DNA of 64,000 bases from Octopus sinensis (Eukaryota). Below the pieces are notes generated by a model that had not been told where the DNA came from, searched no databases, and saw only the letters and a list, made by a program, of their open reading frames with translations. Shown one piece after another: positions 1 to 12,757 of this stretch (positions are counted from its first letter, which is position 1; each line of letters opens with the position of its first letter). The stretch covers positions 51,088,001-51,152,000 of the forward strand of contig NC_042998.1 in assembly GCF_006345805.1 (NCBI RefSeq), read 5' to 3'. A program made the position numbers and the translations under genes.

Positions 1-26
1 ATTCTAGGCACTAAACATAACTTAGT

Positions 27-300
27 CTTCTTCTTCTTGTCTTGAGACAGCATTCACCTGGGGTGGGTTGAGCTGGCTTCATTCATCCTCAATGCTGCAT
101 CTCTCACAAACGCTGACCAGGCCTGAAGATTTGAGGCTAACGACCTCATGATCTCCAGCCACTCCTTATTCCACCAGCGAATGCCGTACACATGGGGGCC
201 TAGGTTGGGTTCCAAATCAGCCTTGCCTGTCATCAGCCAGATTTTTTGTTGTCCACCACATTGCTTTCGCCAACCCTGAAGGATGTGTTCTTTCACCGAC
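27..300 (-). mobile_element. 3' end of RTE-clade LINE (ORF C-terminus and (AAG)n tail)
   Basis: ORF 54-296 ends ...RSLASNLQAWSAFVRDAALRMNEASSTHPR*, resembling RTE C-termini; AAG-repeat tail at 27-40. Confidence 0.6.
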
Positions 301-674
301 TCTTTTCAATTTTTTTAACTTAGCATATAAGAACACCCAAATTTCCCTCAGATCACACACAACCACCTTAAAAAAAAAGATGGACACGTTGAATACAACT
401 ATCCTAGATACGCTATACTTCAGAAGAAAAATGGAATGGCGATAGTTGAAATTATGTTGGTCATTAGTTTTCTTGATCAATTTTGACATGGGTCTAAATA
501 TCTACAATCAAGAATTATATTAAAGTAACTCCAGTGAATAACAGGAAGTCTTTTAGAGAAAAACTCTCTTAAAAATTAGCATAAAATGAGGAAACTTTGT
601 AAGAAAAATTCAACATCATAAGAATGACTCATGAAGAAGGTGAGTTAAAGTTCTTCCTATATCTTTTAATTTTT

Positions 675-1040
675 TAAGTCATTGAATTGTGGCCATACTG
701 GAGCACCACATCGAAGGATTTTATTTGAACAGAATGATCTCAGTACTTATTTTAAAGTCTGATGCTTATTATACTGATCTCTTTTGCTGAACCATTAATT
801 TATCGGGACATAACCAAACCTACACCGGTTGTCAAGTGGTGGGTATGGGAAACACAGACACAAAGACCTAAACACACACACACACACAACAGGGTTCTAG
901 ACAGATTTTGTCTACCAGATTTATTCAAGGCATTGGTGCTCCTGGGCTATGTTAGAATAAACGTATCCAAGGTGCCATACAGTGGGACTGAACTCAAAAC
1001 TTGTGTCGTTGCAAACCCAGCTTCCAAACTACACAATTTC
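675..1040 (-). mobile_element. tRNA-derived SINE family A, degenerate
   Basis: Colinear with the copy at 1234-1625 but more diverged. Confidence 0.7.
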
Positions 1041-1233
1041 TCACAATTTCTTTAACAACTGAAAATGCAATATGAAATACGAATTCTGGAAAACTAGAAT
1101 TTGTGGATCAGCAAGTCCAAGCTGAGAGTAAAGTAAACCTTTACGCTCATCTATCAATTACCAAGCAAGATATTATTAACAACCACAGATAATAAATACT
1201 ATAAATCAACTTTGTACAGTAATAAGGTAAGAT

Positions 1234-1625
1234 ACTCTTTTACTTGTTTCAGTCATTTGACTGCGGTCATGCTGGAGCACCGCCTTTAGTCGAGCAAATC
1301 GACCCTGGGACTTATTCTTTGTAAGCCCAGTACTTAATCTATCGGTCTCTTTTGCTGAACCGCTAAGTAACAGGGACATAAACACACCGGCAACGGTTGT
1401 CAAGCAATGCTAGGGGGATAAACACAGACACACAAACACACACAGACACATATACATATATACAACAGGCTTCTTTGAGTTTCTGTCTACCAAATCTGCT
1501 CACAAGGCTTTGGTCGGCCCGAGGCTATAGTAGAAGACACTTGCCCAAGGTGCCACGCAGTGGAACTGAACCAGGGACCATATGGTTTGATAGCAAGCTA
1601 CTTACCACACAGCCACTCCTGCGCC
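1234..1625 (-). mobile_element. tRNA-derived SINE family A (CORE-like, internal microsatellite)
   Basis: Minus strand: GGCGCAGGAGTGGCTGTGTGGT (A box), GGTTCAGTTCC (B box), CCTTGGGCAAGTGTC (CORE-like), internal (TA/TG)n, tail AAACAAGTAAAAGAG. About 14 copies in the window. Confidence 0.9.
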
Positions 1626-1929
1626 TATATACTACATGTTATAGTATCAAAGCTAAATGAATACAGATCAACAATACTATGGCTGCTATCAAATAGTGAA
1701 CCTTTTGATAAATAGAATAAGAGACAGCCCTATCAGTAATTGAAATACAGTGAAATGTAAGAGAATGTTTGTGGCAGATGGTCAATGCTGGACAAAACTG
1801 TGACAAAAGAGTTGAATATGGTCACATTGAATTCTAACGAGACCTTAAAAGGGTTAATTCAAGTACATGAAATAAATGCTGCAAATCTAAACCGTTTGAT
1901 TTATGATATAAATTAGATTAGTTGTTGGT

Positions 1930-2500
1930 AGCAGTAAATAATGGCACACAAAGAAGTGACAACAGAGGAAACACATGCAATAAACTCTCAGCACAATCAC
2001 AATGAAAAAATCACTAAATAGAGAAAAAGATCATGCAATCACATGTAAAGCTTAAAGAGAGAATATAAGCATATATGATGGAATAAAAGAGAGGAAATTC
2101 AGATAACATCACAATGCAACAGAAATGATACAAGATAAAGTGGAGAATATGATAACACAAAAGTATTCAAAGAGCCAAAAGAATACAAAGAGATTGAAAA
2201 AATGCTAAAATCTTTTAGCTACAATATACCATTTAAAGAACATGTAAAGAAATTCTATAAAGAGCTTAACTAAAAACTGATAAATATCATCCTAATCACT
2301 GAAGAATTTTTGTTATAAAACATCTGAAAAATTGACGGCTAGCATAACAAAAAGCAAGATGGATTTAGAGAGAAGTGAAAACCAGGAATATGATGCCACA
2401 AAAATAGCAAAATGAGACATATTATGAGAGATCTATCAGACAGAGAGCGACAAGAATGTTCAATCAGAAAAATCTGGTGAGACTGGTTACATCATTCTTG
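1930..2500 (+). mobile_element. Decayed R4/Dong-like LINE, pre-RT region
   Basis: FKEHVKKFYKEL-like peptide near 2232-2270; many stops and frameshifts. Confidence 0.4.
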
Positions 2501-2814
2501 GTTGTAATAGCTAATAGCACTCCATTTTGTGACAGTAAGAGTGTTCAGTCAGGTTACTGAAGTTCCATTTGAGATCTCTGAATGGGTTTTGAAGAAGAAA
2601 AAAAAATCAAGAACCTAATTAATTACAGTTCAGTCACTAATCAACCTACTTCATATGTAACTTTCACTTACACATTTGTAAAGAGAGCATATGTACAACT
2701 TGGGGATAATGATGCTTTCTCTCAAGTGTTGATAAGATGCATAAAATAGATCAACTTTTGATGAATAAAATGATTACAGAACAAGCAACTAAATCATTGC
2801 TATTATCATTCTCA

Positions 2815-3300
2815 TTTAATATCCATTTTCCATGCTGGCATGGGTTGGATGGTTTGACCAGAGCTAGCAAGCTGGAGAGCTGCACCAGGCTCGTCTGATT
2901 TGACATGGTTCTACGACTGGATATCCTTCCTAATGCCAACCCCTTTACAGAGTGTGCTAGGTGCTTTTATGTGACACCGCACAAGAGCTTTTCATGGTAC
3001 TGCATGAGAGCTTTTATGTGGCACTGGCATAAGTGCTCTTTATGTGGCACCAGCACAGGACTTCTGCAGGCCAATCATCTTCACAAGAAGGAGCAGCTTA
3101 TCACTTCTGCTGCGGTGTATGGGTCTTTTTGGGTACAATAAGGCACCAGGAATCCTTTGTCAGCTTATCTGAAAGGTTCAGCATCCTAAGGTCATTCTTC
3201 AGTACTTTGTCCCATGTCTTCCTGGGTCTTCCACTTCCACATGTTGCATCTACTTTGATAGATCAGCACTTCTTTATGGAGCTGTTGGCATCCGTCCGTA
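2815..3300 (-). mobile_element. RTE LINE 3' end (ORF end and 3'UTR)
   Basis: Minus frame reads ...ATCGSGRPRKTWDKVLKNDLRMLNL..., followed by the AGGAAGGATATCCAG box and a degenerate tail. Confidence 0.8.
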
Positions 3301-3957
3301 AACACATAATATAATTTTCTACAACACGGATTAACTACTGTAAACTAGTTGATGGTGTTTCTCATTTCTCATTCTAAGATGCTGTGAGTAACCAAGAAAT
3401 CAACAACACATAAAAAGACAAAGATGTGACAGACCTCTTTGAAATAGCAAAGGAAATATGGAAACTAGCTTTCAGCTTGAACTACCCTATTGGTAATATC
3501 AAAGAATCAGAAATTACTGTCAAAACCAGCATATTATTCCATCTCCTTTTTACTATTTTTGTCATGCATTTTATTTTTGTTACATGCATACGTGAACAAT
3601 AGCATTATTGGATATTTGTGCTCAGAGTTTGATCAAGCCAATACTGTAGAGCTAGCTGCTCAGTGTAACAGAAGAAGGTTACGAAATCAAACAAAGAAAT
3701 ATCCATCATATTGTAGGTAATTTATTTTACATGGATGACTTAAGACGGTACACAAAGGACTAAGAACTCAATAATCAACTATTTTATTTAGTTAGTGATG
3801 AAGTCAATGTGGATTACATTCAGCTTCAACACATGTAGGCTGAGAACTGTAAGGAAAAACGTGTGGGAAATTTCGAACCTGGGTTCTCGTTTCTAAGGTA
3901 GCTTTTAATGCTGTTATTATTATTATTATTATCATTATTATTATTATTATTATTATT

Positions 3958-4466
3958 GAGTGAGAGAGCAGTGCATGCCATCAAAGTGACACTGCAGTAA
4001 AAGATACGAAGCCCAGTATACCCATCATGACTACCCGTCTGATAAGGGTACACTAGGCACATGCATCACAACTATATGTGCACGACATGGTGATCTCATA
4101 TCAAAATAAACAGCACATGACCTTGCAGGTTGGGCCCGGTTAGAATTTTCTTCTGGTTGAGTAACCCATCCCGCTCAAAAGGTCCCTGAATATGGGTTGT
4201 TTAATGATGTTGAACGAAACACCCATGTTTCCAGAAGTTAATTATTCAAACCCCAAAGAATTCTTTTCAACACATGGTTATGATGCTCCCCCACTACTTC
4301 TGCTCGTTATCAGAGATGCACATATCGTCAGCCACCAAGGGACATAGTCAACTAGTTAAGGTCAAACAAGTGACAAGCAAATCTGTGGTATTGAGCAGAA
4401 TATTTGCTGTAGCCCATCTCTTACACCAAGACAAAACAATGTTCATGATAACACTTCCAATCAGTT
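3958..4466 (-). mobile_element. Non-autonomous retroelement family F with (AAT)n tail
   Basis: Highly similar to 16622-17170; flanked by (TTA)n at 3913-3957 and 4481-4522. Confidence 0.75.
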
Positions 4467-4476
4467 TCTTCTTCTT

Positions 4477-4526
<50 letters not shown>

Positions 4527-4528
<2 letters not shown>

Positions 4529-4745
4529 CATAGAGGTTAAGAGCATGGTAAGAAGCTTGCTTCCTAACCACATGACATCAGGTTCAGTCTCACTGTGTGA
4601 CACTTTGGGCAAGTGTCTCCTACTATAGCCTTGGGCTGATTAAAGCCTTCTGAGTAGATTTGGTACATGGAAACTGAAAGAAATGCATCATATATATAAT
4701 GTATATATCTATGTTTGTATATATGCATATATGTGTGTGTATATA

Positions 4746-4795
<50 letters not shown>

Positions 4796-5115
4796 CATAT
4801 ATATACATATATATATATCCATGTGTGTGTGTATATATGTGTATATATGTATATATATGTATGTGTGATATATATATGTATGTATCTATGTGTGTGTGTC
4901 TTTGTGTCTGTGTTTGTCCCCCAGTCACCACTTGACAACCAGTATTGGTGTGTTTACATCCCTGTAACTTAGAAGTTTGACAAAAGAGACCCATGGAATA
5001 AGTACTAGGCTTAAAAAATAACTCCTGGGATCGATTGTTCAACTAAAACCCTTCAAAATGGTGTTCCAGCATGGCCACAGCCAAATAAGTGAAACAAGTA
5101 AAAGAATAAAAGAAT
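4527..5115 (+). mobile_element. SINE family A with expanded internal (AT)n
   Basis: Head, CORE-like box, ~220 bp microsatellite, AAACAAGTAAAAGAATAAAAGAAT tail. Confidence 0.85.
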
Positions 5116-5134
5116 CTCAGGTTCCGATACCTAA

Positions 5135-5345
5135 AGATGGTATGTTGCTGTGTAGTTAGGAAGTTTGCTTCTCAACCAGATGGCTTTGGGTTCAGATCTA
5201 TTGCTTCACATCTTAAGCAAGTATTTTCTTACAATAGCACCAAGCCAGTCAAGGCCTTGTGAATGAATTTGGTGGACAAAAACTGAAAATAACTCATCAA
5301 ATGTCTGTGCATGTGTGAATGTGTGTGTCTATGTGTATGTATATA
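5135..5345 (+). mobile_element. SINE family A, 5' half
   Basis: Degenerate head through AAACTGAAA and the microsatellite. Confidence 0.65.
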
Positions 5346-5346
5346 T

Positions 5347-5662
5347 GAAGGCGCATGGCTAGTGGTTAGGGCATTCAATTCACAATCATAATGTCATGAG
5401 TTCAATTCTTGGCAATGCATTGTCCTTGACCAAGACATTTTATTTCACATTGCTCCAGTCCATTCAGCTGGCTAAAATGAGAAGTACCTGTATTTCAAAG
5501 GGCCAGCCTTGTCACTCTGTGTCACGCTAAATCTCCCTGAGAACTACATTAATGGTACACATGTTGGTGTAGTGCTCAGCCACTTGCACATTAATTTCAC
5601 AAGCAAGCCGTTCCATTCATCAGATCAACTGGAACTCTCATTGTCGTAAGTGACAGAGTACC
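5347..5662 (+). mobile_element. tRNA-derived SINE family B, tail type 1
   Basis: GAAGGCGCATGGCTAGTGGTTAGG head, GAGTTCAATTC B box, TTGCTCCAGTCCATTCAGCTG body; matches 26813-27134. Confidence 0.85.
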
Positions 5663-6089
5663 TGTACCATCTGTGTATATGTATGCATGTATGTATATGT
5701 ATGGATGTGTGAGTATGCTTCCTTGTCTTGACATTAAGGGAGTCGTTGTCATACAAGCAGAGTCATTCGTTTACAATCTTTGATGAAATTATGTCTCTTA
5801 CAGAGGAAATATGACCTTACATGGAAACAAGTAAACATTGGGAACATGAAGGGCATACAGTCAGAGAAAATCTACTTCACCAAATCATGCAAACATGGAA
5901 AAATAAACATGAAAAAATACAGAAGTGGCAGTAGTGGTGGTAATGATGATAGTATATAGTTTGAGAGAGACTTGCCTGCTACTTCTAGAAGGTCATGTAA
6001 TTCCCTGTCAGTTGCTCATGGTTGAAATTTGTTTGCAGAATAGTCAGCAGAATTGCTTTCCATTTGATGTGGTGTAGGATATTTGCATG

Positions 6090-6560
6090 TATATTGTATC
6101 AACACCATCACGGATATGAGATACTGAACACACTTGAAGTCATAGAGTTTGGATTAGATAAAAATGCCAAGACAGGAATATTAAAAGGAAACAGAGTGAA
6201 AGTATTCAACATGAGTTATGAAGGTAACGGTGGAATCAAATATCATGAAGGAAAAGAACAGTATAAAATTATCTGAATGTAGATGAAAGCACAACGATTC
6301 ATCATAAACAAAGGAAAAAAAAACAAAGTAAAAAACCAAAAAGAAAAAACCAGAATATTATTGATGAATATGACTAGTATTGGAAACCAAAACTTAATTC
6401 TTATAAGAAAATCAAAGTTACCGCCCTAGAGATGTTTTATACATTTGGCATTATTCACTGGACCAATATCGACATAGAAAGAATTGATAGGAAAAAAAAA
6501 TTCAGAAAGTTGCTAGCAATATGGCAATATGTAAAATGCACATCACTAAAGTATATATTC
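6090..6560 (+). mobile_element. Decayed R4/Dong-like RT C-terminal region
   Basis: IEFGLDKNAK...EQYK and FYTFGIIHWTNIDIERIDRKK motifs in ORFs 6022-6276 and 6432-6668. Confidence 0.75.
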
Positions 6561-7184
6561 ATTGATTTCTTGGGTCCAATGATGCTAAAGGCTCACTTCA
6601 AGATTTTCATGGCAGTTTTCCATGGCTATCTAGATTACCCACAACACAGGTTTACCGGTAGCTGTTAAACACTAGGAAAATATAAAGAAGAGTTAAAATA
6701 TAAACTAAACACCTATCCAATGGGAATCGAATTCCACAGAGATTTTAATTACTCCAACAGCTTTGCCTGTGGTTATATAAGTATGACCATCAATGAGCCA
6801 ATGAGGAAGCCTCTAGGTTAACACCTGATCTGCTATAGCAGCCATATCTTCCACAAATCACACACTACTATCTCAAAAGAAGGACAACAAGCAAAAATAG
6901 GATGGTCACATTTAGAATGCCTTTCATCTCAAATGTCACTGAGGCCACAATGGAGATGAACAACAACAACAACAACAACAACACCAACAGGCAAAGCTAA
7001 TAATCAAAGAGACTATTAATGTGACATTGGAAACCTTTACAAGAAAATTATTTTAGTGACAAATGAATAAAACCTAAAACTAAAGAATGAACAAAAAGTA
7101 AGGGACTGGATGGAACAACGTTCATTGTATGGTAAACATTCTAAAATTCCTTTACATTAAGTTTAGTTTCATCAATTAAAATTT

Positions 7185-7400
7185 TAATCAGGTACTTAAA
7201 AATGCTCTGAAGAAAGACCTGAAGTGTAGCGATAAATCTACTCTTTGATCCATAGGTTGAACCAAGCTAGCTGTGTTTGGAGGCAGAAAAGCCTACCAGG
7301 CGAACCAGGTTAGGTGGGTGAAGTGGGGAATTGTTTACAATAAGACTGTTTCCGTAGATTCCAATATTCTTTGAAGCTGAACAGAAACACAGTCTCACAG
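7185..7400 (-). mobile_element. pogo/Tigger DDE_1 transposase remnant
   Basis: Minus strand LIVNNSPLHPPNL, then after a frameshift FLPPNTASLVQPMDQ, the diagnostic pogo/Tigger motif. Confidence 0.8.
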
Positions 7401-7469
7401 CAAGTGGTAATGCTTCAGGAAATCTAAACCTCAAGCGATTGGCTGTTTATCAATCTCATACACATTATC

Positions 7470-8230
7470 GTCATCATCATCATCATTGTTTAATGTCTGC
7501 TTTCCATACTGGCATGGGTTGAACGGTTTGACATGGGGCTGGCTAGCAAGGAGCTGTCTGTTGTGGCTGGATGCCCTTGAGTGGAGACACATGGCCCAGT
7601 GGTTAGAGCAGTGGACCTGACGGTCGAGGGATCGTGGGTTCAAATCTCAGACCAGGTGATGTGTGTGTTTACAAGCGAAACACCTAAGCTCCACACAGCT
7701 CTGGCAGAAGGTAATGGCAAACTCCTGCTGACTCTTTTGCCACAACTTTCTCTCACTCTTTCCTCCTGCATGTTGCAGCTTACCTGTGACGGACTGGCGT
7801 CCCGTCCAGGTGGGGAACCTATATGTCAAAGAAACCAGGAAACCAGCCCTTAAGAGCCAGGCATGGCTCGAGAAGGAACAAGCAAAAGCTAGATGCCCTT
7901 CATAATGCCAACCATTTAACAGAGTGTCCTGGGCACTTTTCACATACCACAGGCATGGATACATTTAAGCAGCACTGGCACAGGTGCATTGATGCAGCAC
8001 CAGCATGGGTGTTTTTTAAGTGGCACTATCACCTGGAAGGACAAGCCTTTATGCATGGAAGACAGCAATTTTAGCACTTGACATGTCTTATCAAGTACAG
8101 TAAATCACCACATCTCCCAGTCCCTTGTCATTTCCTCAGTGAGGCCCAGCATCTGAAGATCCTTTCTCACCATTTCATCCCATGTCTTCCTGGTCTACCC
8201 CTTCCACAGGTACCCTCCACACCTTTTTTT
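7470..8230 (-). mobile_element. RTE LINE 3' end, interrupted by a SINE
   Basis: GTCGRGRP-type ORF end near 8190-8215; 3'UTR and (GAT)n tail at 7466-7485; split at 7579-7887. Confidence 0.8.
7579..7887 (+). mobile_element. tRNA-derived SINE family E with 13-bp TSD
   Basis: TSD GCTGGATGCCCTT (7566-7578) / GCTAGATGCCCTT (7888-7900); A/B boxes; ACCTGTGACGGACTGGCGTCCCGTCCAGG domain. Confidence 0.9.
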
Positions 8231-9177
8231 TTCTTTTTTGGAGCCTACAGAGAGCTGTGGTACACAATACACATTTAACCATTTTCGCAACAAGGATCAA
8301 TAAAGAAATAAGAGTCTGCAAAGTAAAATATTGTAAGGAGTATCTGCAACCAGCAATCAGCTCAAAACCAAGCAATCACAAAATCTGGCCAGGTTTGATT
8401 TTGGCAAGCTTTATGGTACTTCATTTACTCGGTCACTTTTTTTAAACCTGTACACATGCTCATCTCTACATCTGTTTATTTGCTCTAATTTATTATAATT
8501 TTTATTTGATGGGGAAAGGTCAGCAGAAAAGCAACTTTTGAGTGGGAAAATGAAAAGAAAACATTTTGCACTCAGTACATCAAAGAAAGGCATTACTCAC
8601 ACAAATTTTAAGGGGATTAATAAAATATCAACCCCCACTTTAGAAGTGTATTAATTTGTATTTGTTACATAGAACTTTATACTGTTTTTCACTGTTTATT
8701 TTATATCTTAAGTTGTGTACCTTGATTGAATTATATTGCCATAAAGTATACAGAAAATATACACAAAGATTGTATCTTGGGTAACAATCATGAAATAAAA
8801 GAAGTTAAATGATTTGTATCTGCATTCACTTCTCTCTTTATGTGAACTGAAAAACATAACAAGCTTAAAAAGAAAGGAAAGATAAGATCAAACAAAACTT
8901 CAACATGAAAGGTGTACACTTAATGAATTTATATTTTACAGAATTTGGAGTTTGTTTGCTTTTTATTTCTCATCAAGGCTGTCTATATATAGTCTATGGA
9001 ATAAAAAAAAGATTTACGCATAAGCCAATAAGGGCCATGGTCCTTTAACTTGGAGAAGCCTATAGCCTGGATTTAAAAATTTAAAAATATATTTATAACT
9101 AGCAAAAAAGTCATTTGTAATATTTTAAAAAATCCTATGGCATTCTTAGCATTTAAACTGGCCAACTTAGCAGTTAA

Positions 9178-9397
9178 CCCTTTAGCATTTAAACCAGCCA
9201 CATCTGACCAATATGTTTTACCTGTTTTACGTTCATTCTGGCTAGATCCAACCTTTCAAATCTTGCTTACAATGTCATTCTAAGAATAAACATTCACATC
9301 GTTGAAATCTCATAGCTATGAGATGATGCATGATTAATTCAAAAGAATGTAATTAAATAAGCATTACATCTGACAAAATAATCTGAATGCTAAAGGG
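9178..9397. mobile_element. piggyBac-like MITE
   Basis: 12-bp TIR CCCTTTAGCATT / AATGCTAAAGGG; TTAA (9174-9177) left and CTAA right. Confidence 0.8.
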
Positions 9398-9992
9398 CTA
9401 AAATTATTAAGCCCTCTTCAGGTTTCTTGGACCCTCTTAGATTTGAAAAGCCATTGAATTTAATTGAGTCCTTTTGAATCTACTGAGGCTCTTTTGAGTT
9501 TTGTTTGAGACCCTTAATTTTAATAGGGCCCGCTTTATTATTTCATTATGTTTTGAATTAGCTCTTTTTTAAGTTGCCCCTTTTAAAAAATTCTATGAGC
9601 ATATGTTTTCTTCTGATTTAATGGTAGTGCAGTTAAACAGGAAGGTATTATTTACACAAATAAACAAAGCAATACCAACATGTCAGAAACTATCAAAGCC
9701 ATGAAAATTATGGAATACACAAAAATGTTTTAAGAAAATACGAATTGATATGAAATTATAATTGTTCTTCATATTCAGATTTTTTGCATTATATTACTTT
9801 TTACAACGTACATTCCTATTACTTACATCTAAACAGTTGAAAATTACATATACCATGTTTTTGAGACCCCCAAAACCTATCAGCCCAGGATATAATACTT
9901 CTAATGCTGTGACCCATAAGGGTAAGGGTACCATACTGTCATTTCACATGCGGTTATTAATACAGATACAACAATAATGGATACCACTAATA

Positions 9993-10182
9993 TGATGGGT
10001 ACTAAAAAGTTCCTAGTTTTAAGGTATTGTGAAAAGCTTGGTTGGAGGCACAACCTTCAAAGTTCTTTTACAAGGCTTAGAAAAACTGAAGGACCACTGC
10101 GGGAACATATTGAATAAAATCATAATTAACTGATTCTCCTGTATTTTCTTTTACCCAAAGCCAGGAACTTTTCATCACCCTC
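9993..10182. mobile_element. mariner-like MITE
   Basis: Imperfect TIRs GGGTACTAAAAAGTTCCTAG / CCAGGAACTTTTCATCACCC; TA on the left. Confidence 0.6.
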
Positions 10183-10996
10183 CCCACCTTGTATATCATA
10201 ATTAAAGACTTGAAAACTTAGCAAGTCACCTAGTAAATGTGTCTACATGAATGGAGACAGAAGTATACTTGTCAAAAGCAGAGAAAACATTCAATTACAA
10301 ATAACCAAAACTGGAATCTAAATGACAATGAGACTGTTGACAACATTAATGCTTAATTTAACAGGAGCACTGAACATTATTGTCAAAAACAATATCATGT
10401 ACAAAGATAGCACCAACACTATTCCAACTGAAGAAAAAAGCAATGAAAAGTACCATTTGAAATGAGATAATACTGCGAAACACAACAAAGCAGCTTACAA
10501 CTGGGTTTTGATTATCTCCATAGTAATCATAGTATAGAGATGAAGACTGTATGGTTTACAACTTCTAACAAAGTTTGGTTTAAGGCTCCTAATTTCCATT
10601 ACATAGTTGTTCTACAGAACAAACGAGTTGTAGATATAAGCATTGATTAAGTGTCAAGTGTTGAATGCAGTTGTTTAGTCAGTGGACAAGAGTTCAATCC
10701 TAAAGTCAGTCAAACAATATATACACTGTTCAAATGAAACAAAAAAAAAAAAGTGGCATCACTCGAAGGAGAATATCTGATAGGAGAATATTCCTGACGT
10801 GGTCAACAGAATGAAAACCCTAACCTTCTATTCCTATGGATTTAATAAAGGGATTGTGTTCAATATTCCAAGAACATTACCAAATGTTACAGGAACCTGA
10901 AGAAATCCAAAGGGTAAAATGAAGGAAACATGACTATAACAACCACAACAGGGATTCTAAACTAAATATACAGCAGATGTTTTATCTTTTATATGT

Positions 10997-11192
10997 TACT
11001 TGTTTCAGCCATTAAACTGTGGCCATGCTGTAGCACTGCCTTGAAGAATCTTAGTTGAATGAATCAACCCCCATACATATTACACTTTTCTTTCAAGCCT
11101 AGTACACATCATATCAGTCTCTAAATTACGGGAACATAAACAAACCAACACCGGTTGTCAAGCAGTGGTGGGGGGCAAACACAGGCACCAAG

Positions 11193-11226
<34 letters not shown>

Positions 11227-11695
11227 CGTTTGTAGAAATACATAATTCTGGAGGAGAAGCACACTCTAAAATGTACAACCGTTGATATTATAGTGGGGTA
11301 GACCAGTCTATGGGGTTACCCTGGGCTTCTCGGTCATAAGGGGCTCTACAGTGTATCTTCAGGCCCAAACACTGCTGGCCCAAGACCTCACCAAAAAATC
11401 TTTTTGATGAGGTCTTGGGCCAGCAGTGTTTGGGGTCTGAAGATACACCATAGGGCCAAATCCCTTATGAGCAAAAAACCCAGGGACACCCATAAACTGG
11501 CTTACCCTTCTATAATATATATAATGGGTTTCTTTCAGTTTCTGTCCAGCAAAACCACTCATAATGTTTTGATCAGCCCAGGACTGTAGTGGAAGACACC
11601 TACCTGCCCAATGTGAATCCAGAAGCATGCGGTTCTAGAAGCAAACTTCTTACCACATAGCCATATCTGTACCTATGCATAGCCATGCCTGTGCC
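10997..11695 (-). mobile_element. SINE family A split by a fold-back element
   Basis: 3' half at 10997-11220 and 5' half at 11520-11695. Confidence 0.8.
11285..11518. mobile_element. Fold-back Penelope-like element with two decayed hammerhead motifs
   Basis: ~115-bp inverted arms around a 3-nt spacer (11398-11400); GGGT-CTGAAGA at 11433-11443 and a mirrored copy in the left arm. Confidence 0.7.
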
Positions 11696-11807
11696 AATTA
11701 TATTTAAATAATAAAATAGTAGGTTTTATTATTTCTAAGGTTTTGCAACAATAGAAGTAACCATAATATATGACGATTAAGAAAAAATTGTTGTAAGTTA
11801 GCTAACA

Positions 11808-12200
11808 GGTGCAGGAGCAGCTGTGTGTTAAGTAGCTTGCTTACCAACCACATGGTTCCAGGTTCAGTCCCACTGCTTGGCACCTTGGGCAAGTGTCTTC
11901 TATTATAGCCTCGGGCCAACCAAAGCCTTGTGAGTGGATTTGGTAGACGGAAACTGAAAGAAGCCTATCATGTGTGTGTGTGTGTGTTTGTGTGTTTGTT
12001 CTTCCACCATCGCTTGACAACTGATGCTGGAGTGTTTACGTCCCCCGTAACTTAGTGTTTCAGCAAAAGAGCCCAATAGAATAAGTTTTAGGCTTACAAA
12101 GGATGAGTCCTGGGGTTCGATTTGTTTGACTAAAGGCAGTGCTGCAGCATGGCCACAGTCAAATGACTGAAATAAGTAAAAGAATAAAAGAATAAGAATA
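11808..12200 (+). mobile_element. SINE family A, full length
   Basis: Head, CORE-like box, (TG)n, tail. Confidence 0.9.
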
Positions 12201-12358
12201 ACATTATTTTCTGGTCAAGAGGCAACTCTTAAATATTAAAGGCTTGTAACAACTTCCACGAATGTGCTTAATATGTAAAATTGGTATATCCAATAACATT
12301 ACTCTGCTATATTTAGTGGTCATTTAAGCAATGAGTTCATAGATGATTAAGGGGTCGG

Positions 12359-12410
12359 ATGGGTGCTAATGAAGGAGCAAAAACTCATGAAATATGGCAT
12401 ACACACCCAT
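12359..12410 (+). ncRNA. Decayed type I hammerhead-like motif
   Basis: ATGGGTG-CTAATGA-AGGAG..CTCAT-GAAAT..ATA-CA-CACCCAT: 7-bp stem I, core mutated. Confidence 0.4.
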
Positions 12411-12449
12411 TACCCCTTTTTTCATCTTTGGAAGGGGGCTCTGAAAGGG

Positions 12450-12757
12450 GTCTCAGGGAGTAGCATCCCTGCCTTCCTGAGCTAGTTTCCCACCACATTT
12501 CTTAAAAATCGTGGTAGAGGCCTTGGTCTTGGGACCACTCATGTCTAGAAACTGAGGTTGGGGGTAAGCAAGCGTATGCTCCCTGTAGAAAATCCAGCTC
12601 CAGAAAAGCCTCATGATAATAGCAAAGGAGAATGGGCACCAGCCAGCCAGCTCAAAGATTGGGATGGGCTGCACATGACTACCTCAGTTGCTATGGCCAC
12701 CTCTGTTAACAGGGACAAAACCTGGAATTAAAACACTGGATGATGATGATGATGATC
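12450..12757 (+). mobile_element. LINE/SINE 3' tail ending in (GAT)n
   Basis: GGGGTAAGCAAGCGTATGCTCCCTGTAGAAAA box and (GAT)n tail at 12739-12757. Confidence 0.5.

Noticed and set aside
9410-9590. Loose periodic GCCC/CTCTT motif
   Set aside because: No consistent period or unit could be defined by eye.
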